Source: Priapulus caudatus
Taxonomy: Eukaryota
NCBI RefSeq assembly: GCF_000485595.1
Contig: NW_014577086.1
Location: 777,438-813,449 of the forward strand
Length of the DNA stretch: 36,012 nt
Reading direction: 5' to 3'
Shown here: positions 1 to 11,689 of the stretch, piece after piece
How positions within the stretch are numbered: the stretch's first letter is position 1
How the letters are laid out: the number at the start of each line of letters is the position of its first letter
Program-made: the position numbers and the translations under genes
Notes under the pieces: generated by a model
Database searches by the model: none
What the model was told of the DNA's origin: nothing
The model's input: the letters and a program-made list of their open reading frames with translations, nothing else

Positions 1-266
1 GAACATGATCACGACGATGTGGTTATCACGCAATAATATACATGAACATTTCGTCAACATGTCGTCTTTCTATGTTGTTCCCTACGACTCGCGATTGCAC
101 GGCGTCTGATAATCATCCGAGCCGCCTCCACTACTACTCGTCGGTTTTCCTAATTGAGCGCTCCGGAAGCTTGGATTCAGCTGTCGCGGCATCCATCTGG
201 TCTTTCGAAATACCCAACTAAGCATACCAATACTTCTATAGTGTGTGCGGTATAATGTTTAAGCCA

Positions 267-335
267 GCATTAGGCATTAGGCATTAGGCATTAGGCATTA
301 AACATTAGGCATTAGACATTAGGCATTAGTGCATT
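267..335 (+). repeat. Heptamer tandem repeat (GCATTAG)n / (TTAGGCA)n, about 10 units
   Basis: gcattaggcattaggcattaggcattaggcattaaacattaggcattagacattaggcattagtgcatt; a few substituted units. Confidence 0.9.
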
Positions 336-396
336 GCGAAGTTTCCACAGACGACACGAAAACAGCACAGACTAAACGTGAAATTTTGAGAATTCG

Positions 397-460
397 TAGA
401 GGGAGAGAGGTGGAGAGAAGAGCGAGAGGTAGAGAGAGCTGACGAAGAGCGACAGAGAGA

Positions 461-522
<62 letters not shown>

Positions 523-595
523 GAAAAAGAGAGAAGCAGAGAAAATGGGAAGCGGGAGAGATAAGAGCGAGAGGTAGAGAGAGAGAAAGAGAGAG
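397..595 (+). repeat. GA-rich tract with pure (GA)n core
   Basis: Uninterrupted GA dinucleotides about 464-518 inside a purine-rich stretch. Confidence 0.95.
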
Positions 596-695
596 CGCGG
601 TGCCTGTGGGTGCCTTGTCTCCTGACATATAATACGAGAGTTGGAGCGATTGGACTGGAACGCGTGAATAGAATGTTGCTGCTACTATTGCTAAT

Positions 696-901
696 AGGGT
701 CTATGTCCCCCAGGGTACTGCCGGAACGTACCCTGGGTACGGTCCGGTATACCGGAACGTACTCTGGTCACTATTTGATATGGTTAGGGTTAGGATTAGG
801 GTTAGGGTTAGGGTTAGGATTAGGGTTAGGGTTCGGGTTCGGGTTAGGGAGTAGGGGTACCCAGGGTACGTTCCTGCAGTACCCCGGGGGACATAGACCC
901 T
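696..901. mobile_element. MITE with 45-bp TIRs and an internal (TTAGGG)n core
   Basis: 696-740 agggtctatgtcccccagggtactgccggaacgtaccctgggtac is the reverse complement of 857-901 with 2 mismatches. Subterminal repeat ccggaacgtac[c/t]ctgg at 721 and 752. Eleven TTAGGG-like units at 784-849. No TSD detectable. Confidence 0.85.
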
Positions 902-940
902 CTCAGCGCTACTATGCGATATATTACCATTATATGCTAC

Positions 941-1006
941 CGAGAGTCCATAATAGAATATGGACCATAAATAATCCATTTTCTATTATTATATTATAGA
1001 CTCTTG
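941..1006. mobile_element. P-superfamily-like mini-palindrome / excision footprint A
   Basis: Arms cgagagtccataata (941-955) and tattatagactcttg (992-1006), 2 mismatches. Perfect 7-bp direct repeat ATGCTAC at 934-940 and 1007-1013. Confidence 0.8.
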
Positions 1007-1438
1007 ATGCTACCTGCCAGTTTTTGCTCTCTAGTTGCCATAGGATACGTTGATGCTGTTCTATTATGAAAATTGTCAAAGGCATATTGTGGTCGATGAT
1101 TTGATCCAGATAATACTCGGTGTCAGATATGCAGAAACTATATACCCGACGTGGAAGAGAATGATGATATTGTACACAAGGATATTGTATTCTTTGTCTA
1201 CCCAATGAAAAGTGTATCTTGAAAGCGTTTATTGTCATATGACCTTCCCCTTCCACACACAAAATGAGTTGTACGCGCACATACACACCCGTGCGCACAC
1301 GCGCGCGCGCGAGCGCTCCCACGCATCCATACGCAGTTTTTTCTTACTGTACCAATTCAAACGGGATTCATTGAAAAATTACGAACTGCGGTTGTATATT
1401 GAGTGGATTGACGTCTTACGTCACACATGTGCGCACCA

Positions 1439-1574
1439 ATTTAGCGTAGTGCTAAATATAAGATTAGCATACAATGCTTGTACGTACGTAATTAAGGTTC
1501 AAGCCTTCCATTTAGCGTAGTGCTAAATATACTATTAGCATACAATGCCTGTACGTACGTAAGGTTCAAGCCTT
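1439..1574 (+). repeat. Tandem duplication, period 71 bp, two copies
   Basis: atttagcgtagtgctaaatata..ttagcatacaatgc..gtacgtacgta..aggttcaagcctt at 1439-1507 and 1510-1574. Confidence 0.9.
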
Positions 1575-4500
1575 TAATTTGTGATTTTACTAATGATTAT
1601 CATCAGCCTTCTACTAACCTTTTAAATTCTAACGAGATCTGTTTGCCGGCGCTGTTTTTACATTTTATGAAGAATTTATCTCATTATTCTCAACAGTTAA
1701 CCGCAACGAAATGAATCGCTACAGATTTTCATTTCTAAACTAGATAATAATAGACAATGTTATGAAAGCACGCTTAGCCCTAGATTAGACATCTTCGGTT
1801 TCACTCTATATATGACAAGCGTTTGCTTACACAGTAAATCATAATCTCCTATGTGCGTAGACCCAGAAGTTTCACCGTGCATGCAGTACCTTATAGAACA
1901 CGTAACCATGAGGGGCAGTATCGTTAGATGTAGTTTCAACATTAAAACTCCTATGATGCGCACAACACATACAACAATATTTGTCATAGGAAAAATCTTC
2001 CAATAGTGACAAATAGTGTCATAGGAGAGCGTAAATGCGTATGTCGTATTTGTCATAGATGCTAGCAGAACAGGCTGGTAGTTTCACGGCGCGAAAGTGG
2101 AGTCAGTGAGCAGTAATTGAGTTGCTACCGTGCATGGGATCCCCCGAGATCTGGTGCCTGTCTTTCGTCCATGCAGAAGTCGATGTGATTGTCTAAAGAA
2201 CCCACACTGAAAGTGATTGCACATAGGGTTGCGTTGCCTCGTAGTGCCTATAAATAGATGGGCTCTATTCGGGAACGATATTCCGCGTCCGGTAATCTCT
2301 CATTTCAGTTTCTGTCTCGTGTTCCTCCCTAGAGAAGTCAGACGCACACCTAGATGCATACAAATTCATCAATCGTAGAAGCGTTGAGAAAGATCAATCG
2401 GAGATAGTAGACTTTCTCCGTACACTGGATGGTGGCACAAAAATGTGTCACGTAATGTACATTAGAATACCGCGGCTACACTGCACTTACTGTTGGTGAT
2501 CCCTCGATCTTGCGATATTCTTAACTCATTTTGCATACATTTAATCCCCACTGTGGCTTTTAAGCGAGATGCAGGTGTCACTGGTGGTGTAACGCGTAAA
2601 CACTACGCCATATCGATCGATCAATTATTTTATTGATATCTGTTCCTGTACTTTAGATATCTGTTTCATTTACGTTTCGAACAGGCCATGGTGCTAAAGA
2701 GACACGGGAGGTGTATAACTAGTAGGTCTGAGGTGTATTGTTGAATTATTATTACGTGACCTCTATTGGCCCGGTAAAATGGTTAAATGGTGAATGACTG
2801 AAACCATGTCTGACGTTCGAAGCTATAACTGCGCAATAGGAAAAGGTATCGATACAAGGTGAAGTGTGAAGGCAAGTGGGATGTACAACGTTACTTCTGA
2901 TGTTCTTTTTAGTGAGCTTCACGTAATAAATCATAGGTAAACTAAGGCATGGAAATGTTGATTTTTGTGTATGCTTAAAGCGAGTCTATATTATGTCACC
3001 CCTGATATGATGATCTAGACTTTACGCAGATGGACGGTATAACTGTGATTGCACGTAGCACACGTGGGGACACCTACCGATGGAACGATAAGCCATAGGT
3101 CATATAGTGACAAATAAATGTTGAAATAGATGGTGGTATCGAAGTAAACGCTCAATATTTCCGTTTTAATTGCAGATAATAATTATAGAACCGCGGTTGT
3201 TAGGCGATATAAAATTTTGACAAATAACGTTATTATTTCTTACGCTCCTATTTGCGCTACATCAAATGCGTTTTTGCGATGGAATTTATAAACGTATGTA
3301 AATCACTAATTCACAACGTGAGACCCGGTAACGGCAGCTGCAAGTGTCACGTCACTTTCAGGAATCCAGCGCTCCGAAGAAAAATTCCAGTCAATATTCC
3401 ACGACACGAATTTGTGCAGCAAAAATTATTATAATCCATGAATAGACATGCTAGCTATACAATACGAGAATAATTATGAATTTTTTACACACACGCGCAT
3501 ATTAACACGCATATTAATACATACGCATATTAATAGAATGGCATACGCATATTAACGAGCGGACACAAGATAGTATAGAAGAAGGAAATGGCCTCGTTTG
3601 AGAACAGGAGCAATCACAACCAGACGGATAAATTCGATTCGTTAAAAATACAATTAGACGATTACACAAACCCCAATCAACGCTATTTTACATTCAGCTG
3701 CAGTAAATCGTAGTCAGAGTAAAAGCTGCATCGGGTAGGGACGTGATTACAAAAATAGAAATGCAAGCGCCATTCATGTCACGAAGACGATGGTAATAAC
3801 TAGAGATACAAAAGAATTTCATATTATGGCTCAATTCAAATGATTACGTCTTACGTGCATCTCGATATTTAACAGTCCCACGCGGACATAGCGTGGATGT
3901 GTGAATTCAAATAAAACGCCTACAATGCGAATGAAGCACGAGACTTGATGAAACCCACTTACCTGACACCATTAGATGGTGCTTATATGATGCTACTCAC
4001 ACCTACGTCCAGCGTGCAGAAAGCGCAATGGAACAAATTCAAATCCGCCTGCGTGCGTTCTTCTTATTTGTAATTTGGTTTTGGCATGAAATGGAGGTGT
4101 CTGTGTTAGCATTTGGCGATGGGAATATCATAATAGAGAAAATGTAGCAACAAGCTTCAGTTGTGTCATCGCCTTTTATATTACGCAACCAACAGTCCCA
4201 TTTACGCACCCCCCTTTAATCACCACCCTTATTGACGAGACAGTGTAGTTTATCACGCGTTTGACAACACCACGGACGTCCTCTTTCTGACGCCTCACAT
4301 CTCTGACCCATTTCGTCTCCTCTCCTCAACCTTTTTGACGACCCCTTATCGACCATACCTTTACCAACCATCCTCGTCATCATCATTTCTATTCGCCCGT
4401 ATAGCATCTGCACGCGCTAAACTAGTAAGCTAGTTGGTTTGCCTTGCTAAGATGCACGTATCGATCAAGTCTGTTCAGCTAGATCGCGCTGTCTGTCGTA

Positions 4501-5613
4501 AGCGTCTGCTCTCTAATGTGTTTTCACTAATACTCGACTCGTAGGGTATGCTATAGGCGTTTTATTCTATGCAAATTCAATTTGGCAAAGGTAAGCTGCA
4601 TTATCTGCATTCCCTTCATGCAAACGATAGGCCCTACGCAAAGAAACTGATCGAAATCACAATGTAAGCGCAAACGTTTATGTCAAGCGGATCTGTTTAT
4701 AGTTATCGCAGCGTCGAAAGAATTCATCCGAATAATATTTTCTGGCAGCATCAGCGTACCCCTCGCCAAAATCACAAGCCGAGTTCATAGCCATCAGACA
4801 GTCACATTTTGTGCGGAGTAACATAATAAGATAAGTGTGTGCGCAGCTCGTCTGGGGGACATACCGACAGAAAGGACTTTCTTCATTTCGCGAAAATATG
4901 ACATAGACACTACGATGCAAACAAAAAACGCAAAAAACGGGTGTGATATCCAGGTGGAGGCGAACAGGAATGGGAGCTGGACGTGATGCGGCCATGATGC
5001 CAAGGCGCGCCGAGGATTGACACTTTGTGTCTTCCAATCACAGCGTACGCCGCACCCCCCCCCCCTAAATTTTGCTACAATTACTATTACGGCACGGAAT
5101 CGCCGATCTCACGAACTAGGGCATTCTGCTAGGCTAGAACGGTTTCCTACGATAGAGTTTGGCACAAAAACGAAAATAACACGCTGTTTAGCGCACTGCG
5201 CTACGTCCTTTCTGTTGCATTTTCGCATCTCCGTAATCAGAATAAGCCCCGCCTTCTTCGTTGATGGGCATGAATGGGGCGTCAACGACGTGACCAGTTA
5301 CTGCGTGTAGGTGTTTGGCGAGACCGTTTGCTTTTCGTAAATAATGAAAGGCCCGGTCGATGCATTTTGCATCGAAGTGGAAAAATTCGGCATTTTTACC
5401 TGCTTTCGGAAGTGAACGAGTGTGTCATTCATTGAACATTGAAGTTTTTTTTTTAATTAAAGAATTCCGAAAATCCCTGACCGCGCTACTCGATTGTTTT
5501 AGCCAATGAACGTAGCTGTGTGTGTGACGTCTTGCCCGCGCGCTTTATGCTTGGCTTAGCGGGCCTCGAAATGGATATCGGAGGCATGCACCTCGCAACA
5601 CGACTGTTTGTTT

Positions 5614-6463
5614 GGTTTATTCCCATTTCGCCATTTTCCCACTTCGCCATTTGCCATTTCGCCATTAAAAATTCCCACTTCGCCATTTGCCATTTCGCCA
5701 TTAAAAATTCCCACTTCGCCATTTGCCATTTCGCCATTTCCCGTTTCGCCATTTCCAACTTCGCCATTTTCCCATTTCGCCAGTTTCCCACTTCGCCAGT
5801 TTCCCATTTCGCCAGTTTCCCACTTCGCCAGTTTCCCATTTCGCCAGTTTCCCACTTCGCCAGTTTCCCATTTCGCCAGTTTCGCGTTTCGCCAGTTTCC
5901 CATTCCGCCATTTCGTCCTATCTCCCCGACCACCCCCTTGTTCGAAGTGGGTTAAAAGTAGGCCTCTGTAATGAATAAATTATAACGAATCTTTAGATAT
6001 GGAGTCAACTATTTATTTGAAGAACAAGAAGGCGAAATCGTACATATCAAAACATATGGATCATGTACAGGCACCCTAACCCTAACCCTAACCCTAACCC
6101 TAACCCTAACCCTAGCCCTAACCCTAACCCTAACCCTAACCCTAACCCTAACCCTAGAAATGACTCTTTTTTAAGAATGGAAGGATCAATTTCGTGCAGG
6201 GGGTGGAAGCAACATAAAATATTGGCGAAATGGGAAACTGGCGAAGTGGGAAAATGGCGAAATGGGAAAATGGCGAAATGGGAAAATGGCGAAATGGGAA
6301 AATGGCGAAGTGGGAAAATGGCGAAATGGGAAACTGGCGAAATGGGAAACTGGCGAAATGGGAAATGGCGAAGTGGGAAAATGGCGAAATGGGAAACTGG
6401 CGAAATGGGAAATGGCGAAATGGGAAATGGCGAAATGGAAAAATGGCGAAATGGGAAGACACC
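5614..6463. mobile_element. Foldback (Mutator-like / TU-like) non-autonomous element with tandem-repeat arms and (CCCTAA)14 core
   Basis: Left arm about 5614-5915 is an array of 15-16-mers (CCCATTTCGCCA[T/G]TTT). Right arm about 6223-6463 is the reverse-complement array. Termini ggtttattccc / gggaagacacc (GG...CC). Perfect 8-bp TSD GTTTGTTT at 5606-5613 and 6464-6471. Confidence 0.9.
6074..6157 (-). repeat. Interstitial telomeric repeat, 14 units of CCCTAA (TTAGGG on minus strand)
   Basis: Direct reading; two CCCTAG variant units; lies inside the 5614-6463 element. Confidence 0.95.
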
Positions 6464-6645
6464 GTTTGTTTACATATAGCTTTGTCACATCAGGATGGGC
6501 GGTGTCAGGAGTTCTGCGATGATAACCTCGTAATCTCGTAACCTCGGATTTGTGACAGTAAGTACTAACCGTAAATGTTTCACATACGTTCACCTATTTT
6601 GCACACAGGCGGTGGATCATTATGAAAAATTTTGTGAATATTTAT

Positions 6646-6673
6646 TTTTATTGAGACGTTCCAAGTGCCGGTG
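6646..6673. mobile_element. Solo terminal fragment of the CACAGG-type P-like family seen at 23073-23500
   Basis: ttttattgagacgttccaagtgccggtg matches the right end of the 23073-23500 element (ttttattgagacgttccaagtgcctgtg) with 1 mismatch. No partner TIR found. Confidence 0.75.
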
Positions 6674-7027
6674 CTTTCAACAGTATTGTACGTCAATGCA
6701 TGTGCGTCAAGAGCCACAAACTCAACACAATTTCATCTCTGTTATTGTTTACGCCTGAATGCGTGATTGATCAGGGAGGGAGGGGTGCATGTAGGGGTGC
6801 ATGCATAAGAGGGAAACATTTTCTTTGGGGTTCCGAAAAACACAATTCCACTTGACAATTTCATGGGCCATTTCAATTGGAAGCTCGGCATAATGGACCC
6901 CCAACAAGCCCTTTGACTGACTATAGTCAAAAAATTGAAAGGTGTGTATATTGCTCTTATTTAGCCGCCGATAGTTCTTATTTAGAACAAAGTCTTCATT
7001 GTTATCTTCTAAAACTACAGACCATCC

Positions 7028-7090
7028 GCTGACCGCTGTGGAGACGTGCGCCGGGCTTCGAATTTGGCGCACGTCTCCATTGCGGACAGC
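7028..7090. repeat. GC-rich inverted repeat (25-bp arms, 13-nt loop)
   Basis: gctgaccgctgtggagacgtgcgcc (7028-7052) vs ggcgcacgtctccattgcggacagc (7066-7090), 3 mismatches. Confidence 0.85.
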
Positions 7091-7447
7091 ACTTCATACT
7101 TGAACATCCCCGCGGTCGCGTGCGCATATCCCGCGGAACTGCGCGTCTCATCCGCGCGCAGCGCTCAGGATCCACAGCAAAGCTGAGCCACGCAATCTTG
7201 TATCATGTATCTCTGGATAATCCATAGGCGAATGAGACGGGGAGAGAGGGCTTGTCACGTTCCTAGCGATTATACTAGTCACATGACCTCCATACTCTTC
7301 TCTCTTCCGTATCTCATTGAGGGACGGCTTATCTGTCTAACTCATGTATTACTGTGGTCAGGGAGAACATAATTATTGTCTTGCAATCACCCCATGGTTT
7401 CACGAAGGTAGATCAAGAAATCGAAGTACTGGGATAACATCAGCGAG

Positions 7448-7507
7448 ATATATTATATATATATATATATATGTGGTGTGTGTTGTGTGTGTGTGTGTGG
7501 TGTTGTG

Positions 7508-7551
<44 letters not shown>

Positions 7552-7556
7552 TGTGT
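7448..7556 (+). repeat. Compound microsatellite (TA)n-(TG)n-(TGCG)n
   Basis: Direct reading. Confidence 0.95.
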
Positions 7557-8171
7557 AGAAAAATACAATAGGGTGTTAAATTTTAAACAGCAGGCTTTAT
7601 CAGATAACAGATTTTATCAGGTAGAAAGATAGACACAACATCGATTTTCCGGCAGCCGATTGTCTGGCACCTCTTAAGGGTGCACCACATTCCACTTTCC
7701 GGCACTTGAAGAAGAGCGATAGAGCGAATGAGAGAGAGAGATTGCGGAGCTCCCGGGAGAAAATAGGAGAGGACGAAAAAACTAGCGTGTTTCACTTGAA
7801 ATTTGTAGCTAATACCAGCAACGTAAGAGCTCTTCGAGAATTACGGTTAATAATTAAACAGTCGATGTAAAATGCATTCTTGTGCGTTCTGGGCTATCAG
7901 TAATTTTTGGAAGATGGATTTACTTGGATCTAGAATTCTGTCTCACTGTGATACATTTTCCTTAAAACGATCATTTCTCAAATAAATCCAAAAATAAAGA
8001 AATTTAGACAAATTTAGTCTCATCTGTCAGCATAAATATTACTTTAGCATGAAGATATTATACTGTACTATATACTGTATAGGTGTTTACTGTTATATGC
8101 TATAAAAACGTGAATAAACAAACATGCGCCTGCTATCTTGAAAGAAATGATATGCGAGTGTTCTATGAAAT

Positions 8172-8244
8172 CAGAAGTAGATAATAGGGAACTATTATAT
8201 TTATAATTTATTATTATAGGGAATTCCCCTATTATCTACTTCTG
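8172..8244. mobile_element. P-superfamily-like mini-palindrome / excision footprint B
   Basis: Perfect 18-bp arms cagaagtagataataggg (8172-8189) / ccctattatctacttctg (8227-8244). Perfect 7-bp TSD ATGAAAT at 8165-8171 and 8245-8251. Confidence 0.88.
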
Positions 8245-8850
8245 ATGAAATGTTAGACTTACTATATAGACTTGTTGTTTTGCAAGGAGTACCGCAAAGT
8301 ATCAGAACGGTCGAAAAAAAAATGAAGACGGTTGGTAATAACACGAGAAATCCTCGCTTTAAATCCCCCTCCGCGAATTCAGATGCGGCGCGATATGCAC
8401 ACATATCAAGAGCGCATCTCTGCAGCGACACGGTCGTGGACGACAAACTCATTACACCGGGTTCAGTGCTAGTGTCACAAACTCATACACGGATAGAAAC
8501 CGATTCTATACATGATTACAAGAACACGAGTCCTACCCACGCGTATTGATCATCCCAAAGGAAGTAGACATTAAAACTAGATCGGGATATTGGCACGACA
8601 AAGGTCAGGCTAGAGATCTAAATCAACGGACAAGACAGCAATTAAACAACGTTTAGTAATTCGAGTCCGATCCGAGTGCGCCTATGCTTTCACCCAAGTC
8701 AGCGGTGTCTGTGAGCAAGAGAGAGGCCGCCTCAAATTCACGAATAGGCCAACGTTTCTAAAATATTGATTCTAGGAAGCGATATATAATAACGTAGAAA
8801 TATTACTCTCTATGGTGCTAGTAATGCAACAAATTCTACACGATGAGTAT

Positions 8851-9010
8851 TAGCCCGGCAGAAATGTGCAATATTTGAGGGAATTGTGACTTTGATGATA
8901 CAAGCATGAGCTTTTGCACACTGTTAGAGCATGCCCTAAGGAAGATCTTTGGCTATAGGGCCATATATATCAAGTGCCCCATGATGAATTCCCAGCGGGA
9001 ATCGTTTTTT
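8851..9010 (+). mobile_element. Possible truncated DNA-transposon end (Academ-like)
   Basis: Begins tagcccggcagaaatgtgcaatatttg and includes aagcatgagcttttgcacactgttagagcatgccctaagg, resembling from memory TAG-initiated long TIRs of marine-invertebrate elements. No partner end in window; unverified. Confidence 0.3.
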
Positions 9011-9797
9011 TGTCAATGCTACCTACTTTCACACTTTTAATGATGAGCCTCGAAGAGATCACCTGAAGAGGCTTCAACGTCTACACAGCGATGTACTACT
9101 GACTGTGCAATGTAATCCTATGTTTAACAACAAAAATTTATAAGATAATAAGATGTAAACAAGTACCAATCTTCTCTTGCCTTCTTCACATATACAGTAA
9201 TGAACGTACAACGTCATGAATCAAATTGCGCTCGAAACGATAATTTGCGCGAGACGTAAATATATCTCTTAAAAAATCCGAATGTCGTACAACAAAACTA
9301 TCGTGGCAATTTCTCAAGGAAATTCGGAATTTTATCCCGGAAGGCAATTCAATAATACGGCCTACGTACCGCTTACTGCAAACGCTACGCTACTAACCGC
9401 ATTTATAATCGGGTTAAACAACTTCAGTATAAACAAGTTTTGTCACACATAACACACACTTGGATATCCGAGATATTACCATTCGAGTTCGCTTAATTAT
9501 ACCTTTATGTTAAATTCAGTATCAACTGCTATATACCCAGAGGGCGTAAGTAGGAACGTCATCACGCAACCAGGCAAGTGGGCATGCCGGAAAAGTACTT
9601 GCTTGTTTCTCACTCAGGTCAGTGCTTGCTTGTCTGGTCAGTGCAAATATGCAATGAGCGGTCTCATTCAACAGCCACTGGTCATTTATCGATTGGCCGA
9701 CTAAATAGCCTATCCAATTTCTATAAATGACGACTACTCGCCATTACCACCATCACCATCCTCAGATTCTTAATGATAACTAATATAGCTATTATTA

Positions 9798-9870
9798 GTA
9801 TGATTATGATCATGATGATGATGATGATGATCATCATCATCATCATGTTCATCGTCGTCATCATCATCAC
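9798..9870. repeat. (ATG)n followed by (CAT)n self-complementary microsatellite
   Basis: catgatgatgatgatgatgatcatcatcatcatcatg. Confidence 0.85.
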
Positions 9871-10593
9871 AATACATACAATGAGCTGTGGTAATGCGAA
9901 ATAGTGTGAGATCCAGAAAAAATAAATGCGATAACGGGGACGGTCACAACAATCATCGCGTCAACACCATGACGTAATTACTATGACGAGCCGCGTCGTA
10001 GGTACGTACCGTAATTTGTTGCATGACTGCACACGCCATGTCAACCGTGATAACAGATTACAGGTGATTGATCGCACAGATGCGGGCCGTGTCTGACGAC
10101 ACATTCGACGAGCTGTACTCGAAAGAGGAATAAGATACGCTGAGAACGTTATTTGAAACAGATTGCGACGTGTGTCAACATGCTCTCGCCCCGGGAAGCC
10201 TTAATACCGTCACGGGTTATAGAAGTGAGCCTTATTTTGAAGGTATAACTCCACGTGGGCTTGTCTCTCCTTACTCAATCATCCTCAACCTTCCACTTGC
10301 ACAGCTTCGTATCATTATTAGTAGTCACTGTTTCACCCTGCGGCTGTATCACACCATCCTCTGCCTTAATTACTTCGGCTATCCTCCTAGTCCTCTGCGA
10401 TCCTCCTTATCGCCGTGCACCAGTTACCTGCCCCACCTCCTTCCCTCGTTGCCACCCTACTACTCTTCTTTGCCCTGTTTTTGGCTGGTTTAGTATGGCG
10501 ACGCGCGTAAGGCGGACATCTACAGTTAGGAAGTATAGCAATGGGGTTAGCTGCTAGCCGGTGTCGCCTAGTTATTTATCATCCATCACCTTA

Positions 10594-11218
10594 AGGTAGT
10601 ATCTCACTGGGCTGCGACTGTTGGAGACAAATTGCGAACGGCATTCGCGAGGGAGATTCCAAAATGTCTCGAAACGTTCGCAGGGGTTCTCAATTTCCTC
10701 GCGTGAGTCGCAGGGCCTCGCTCTCGTGTCGCTGGAATTTTTAACATGTTCAAAAAATTCGCGTGACAAATTTTCTCTCAAAATAGTCGTCGCGGGTGTC
10801 TCGAACCTGTCTCGAACTCTTCTCAATTTAGTTTCTGTGAGTCAGAAAGTGCGAGAAATGTGAGACAACTTTGTGAGGGGTTGGCGACCTATGAAACTAA
10901 GTTGAGTCTTCATACAGCAGCTTCTGCACTTCTTCTCTGAGGTCCATCTCGCTTGACGTCTGATGAGGGCCCCGTATTTATATGGTCCAGATTTCTCAAT
11001 TGTCACGCATAACTGTCGCGCGACTGTCGTGCGACACTCGCGCGACAGTTGCAAGTGCAAAAAATTCGCAATTTTGTTGCGTGAATGTCGCGCAAATTTT
11101 ACCGCATGTACCAATTCAGTGTGATTCCAAGTGAAATTTGTCGCTAATTCCCGTATTTTCTCGCAATTTTGCGTCTCAAACTAGTCGCGAGCTGCCGCAG
11201 CCCAGTGAGATACTAGCT
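10594..11218. mobile_element. PIF/Harbinger-like MITE (about 625 bp)
   Basis: TIR ag[g/c]tagtatctcactgggctgcg at 10594-10616 and its reverse complement at 11196-11218. 3-bp flanks TTA / CTA. Interior rich in TCGCG/GTCGC subterminal motifs. Superfamily inferred from TIR style and TWA-like flank. Confidence 0.75.
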
Positions 11219-11537
11219 CTACAGCTAGGAAGTGGGATTTACTAATAGCTTCGCCGTAATTGCTGGCGTGTGCTGGTCGGCAGGGATTACGAGATGATTT
11301 CGCGCTAGTCGCGTGCAACTCAGCTATCGGTCACCTTGGCAGCGTAGTTATAGCTGTAAGTCCCCGCGGAGGGAAACAAGCTAGCGGCGCAAAGCCCAAC
11401 GCTGTTTTCCACATCTGAACAACTAGCTGTACGATTGGCTCGAATGTAGACTGTATAATATTATGTTATGTTTATATTATGTTATGTGACAGGGCGCGCG
11501 ATTAGATGAGTTTATATTTGAATCAATGATCATTTAA

Positions 11538-11648
11538 TTCACTCACTCGCTGCTCACTCACTCACTTACTCACTCACTCACTCACTCACTCACTCACTCA
11601 CTCACTCACTCACTCACTCACTCACTCACTCACTCACTCACTCACTCA
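11538..11648 (+). repeat. (ACTC)n tetranucleotide microsatellite
   Basis: Direct reading. Confidence 0.97.
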
Positions 11649-11689
11649 TTTGTGATTTTGGTTAGCGCTTATGTCTGTTAGCTTACCTG

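Noticed and set aside
784..849. True chromosome end or telomere fusion site
   Set aside because: Tracts are short, internal and enclosed by TIRs; the opposite orientation of the 6074 tract is explained by independent insertions.
4670..5490. Kolobok-like ends (...ctacgtccttt at about 5210; aaaggcccggtc at about 5347)
   Set aside because: No matching partner TIR or intact TTAA duplication found; resemblance from memory only.
5486..6593. Multiple 80-150 aa ORFs (WRNGK / FAIS / PNPNPN repeats) on both strands
   Set aside because: Translations of the foldback's 15-16-mer arrays and telomeric core; open in many frames at once.
7674..7965. TTAA-flanked GG...CC segment as a Kolobok/piggyBac-type MITE
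   Set aside because: Putative TIRs match only weakly and out of register.
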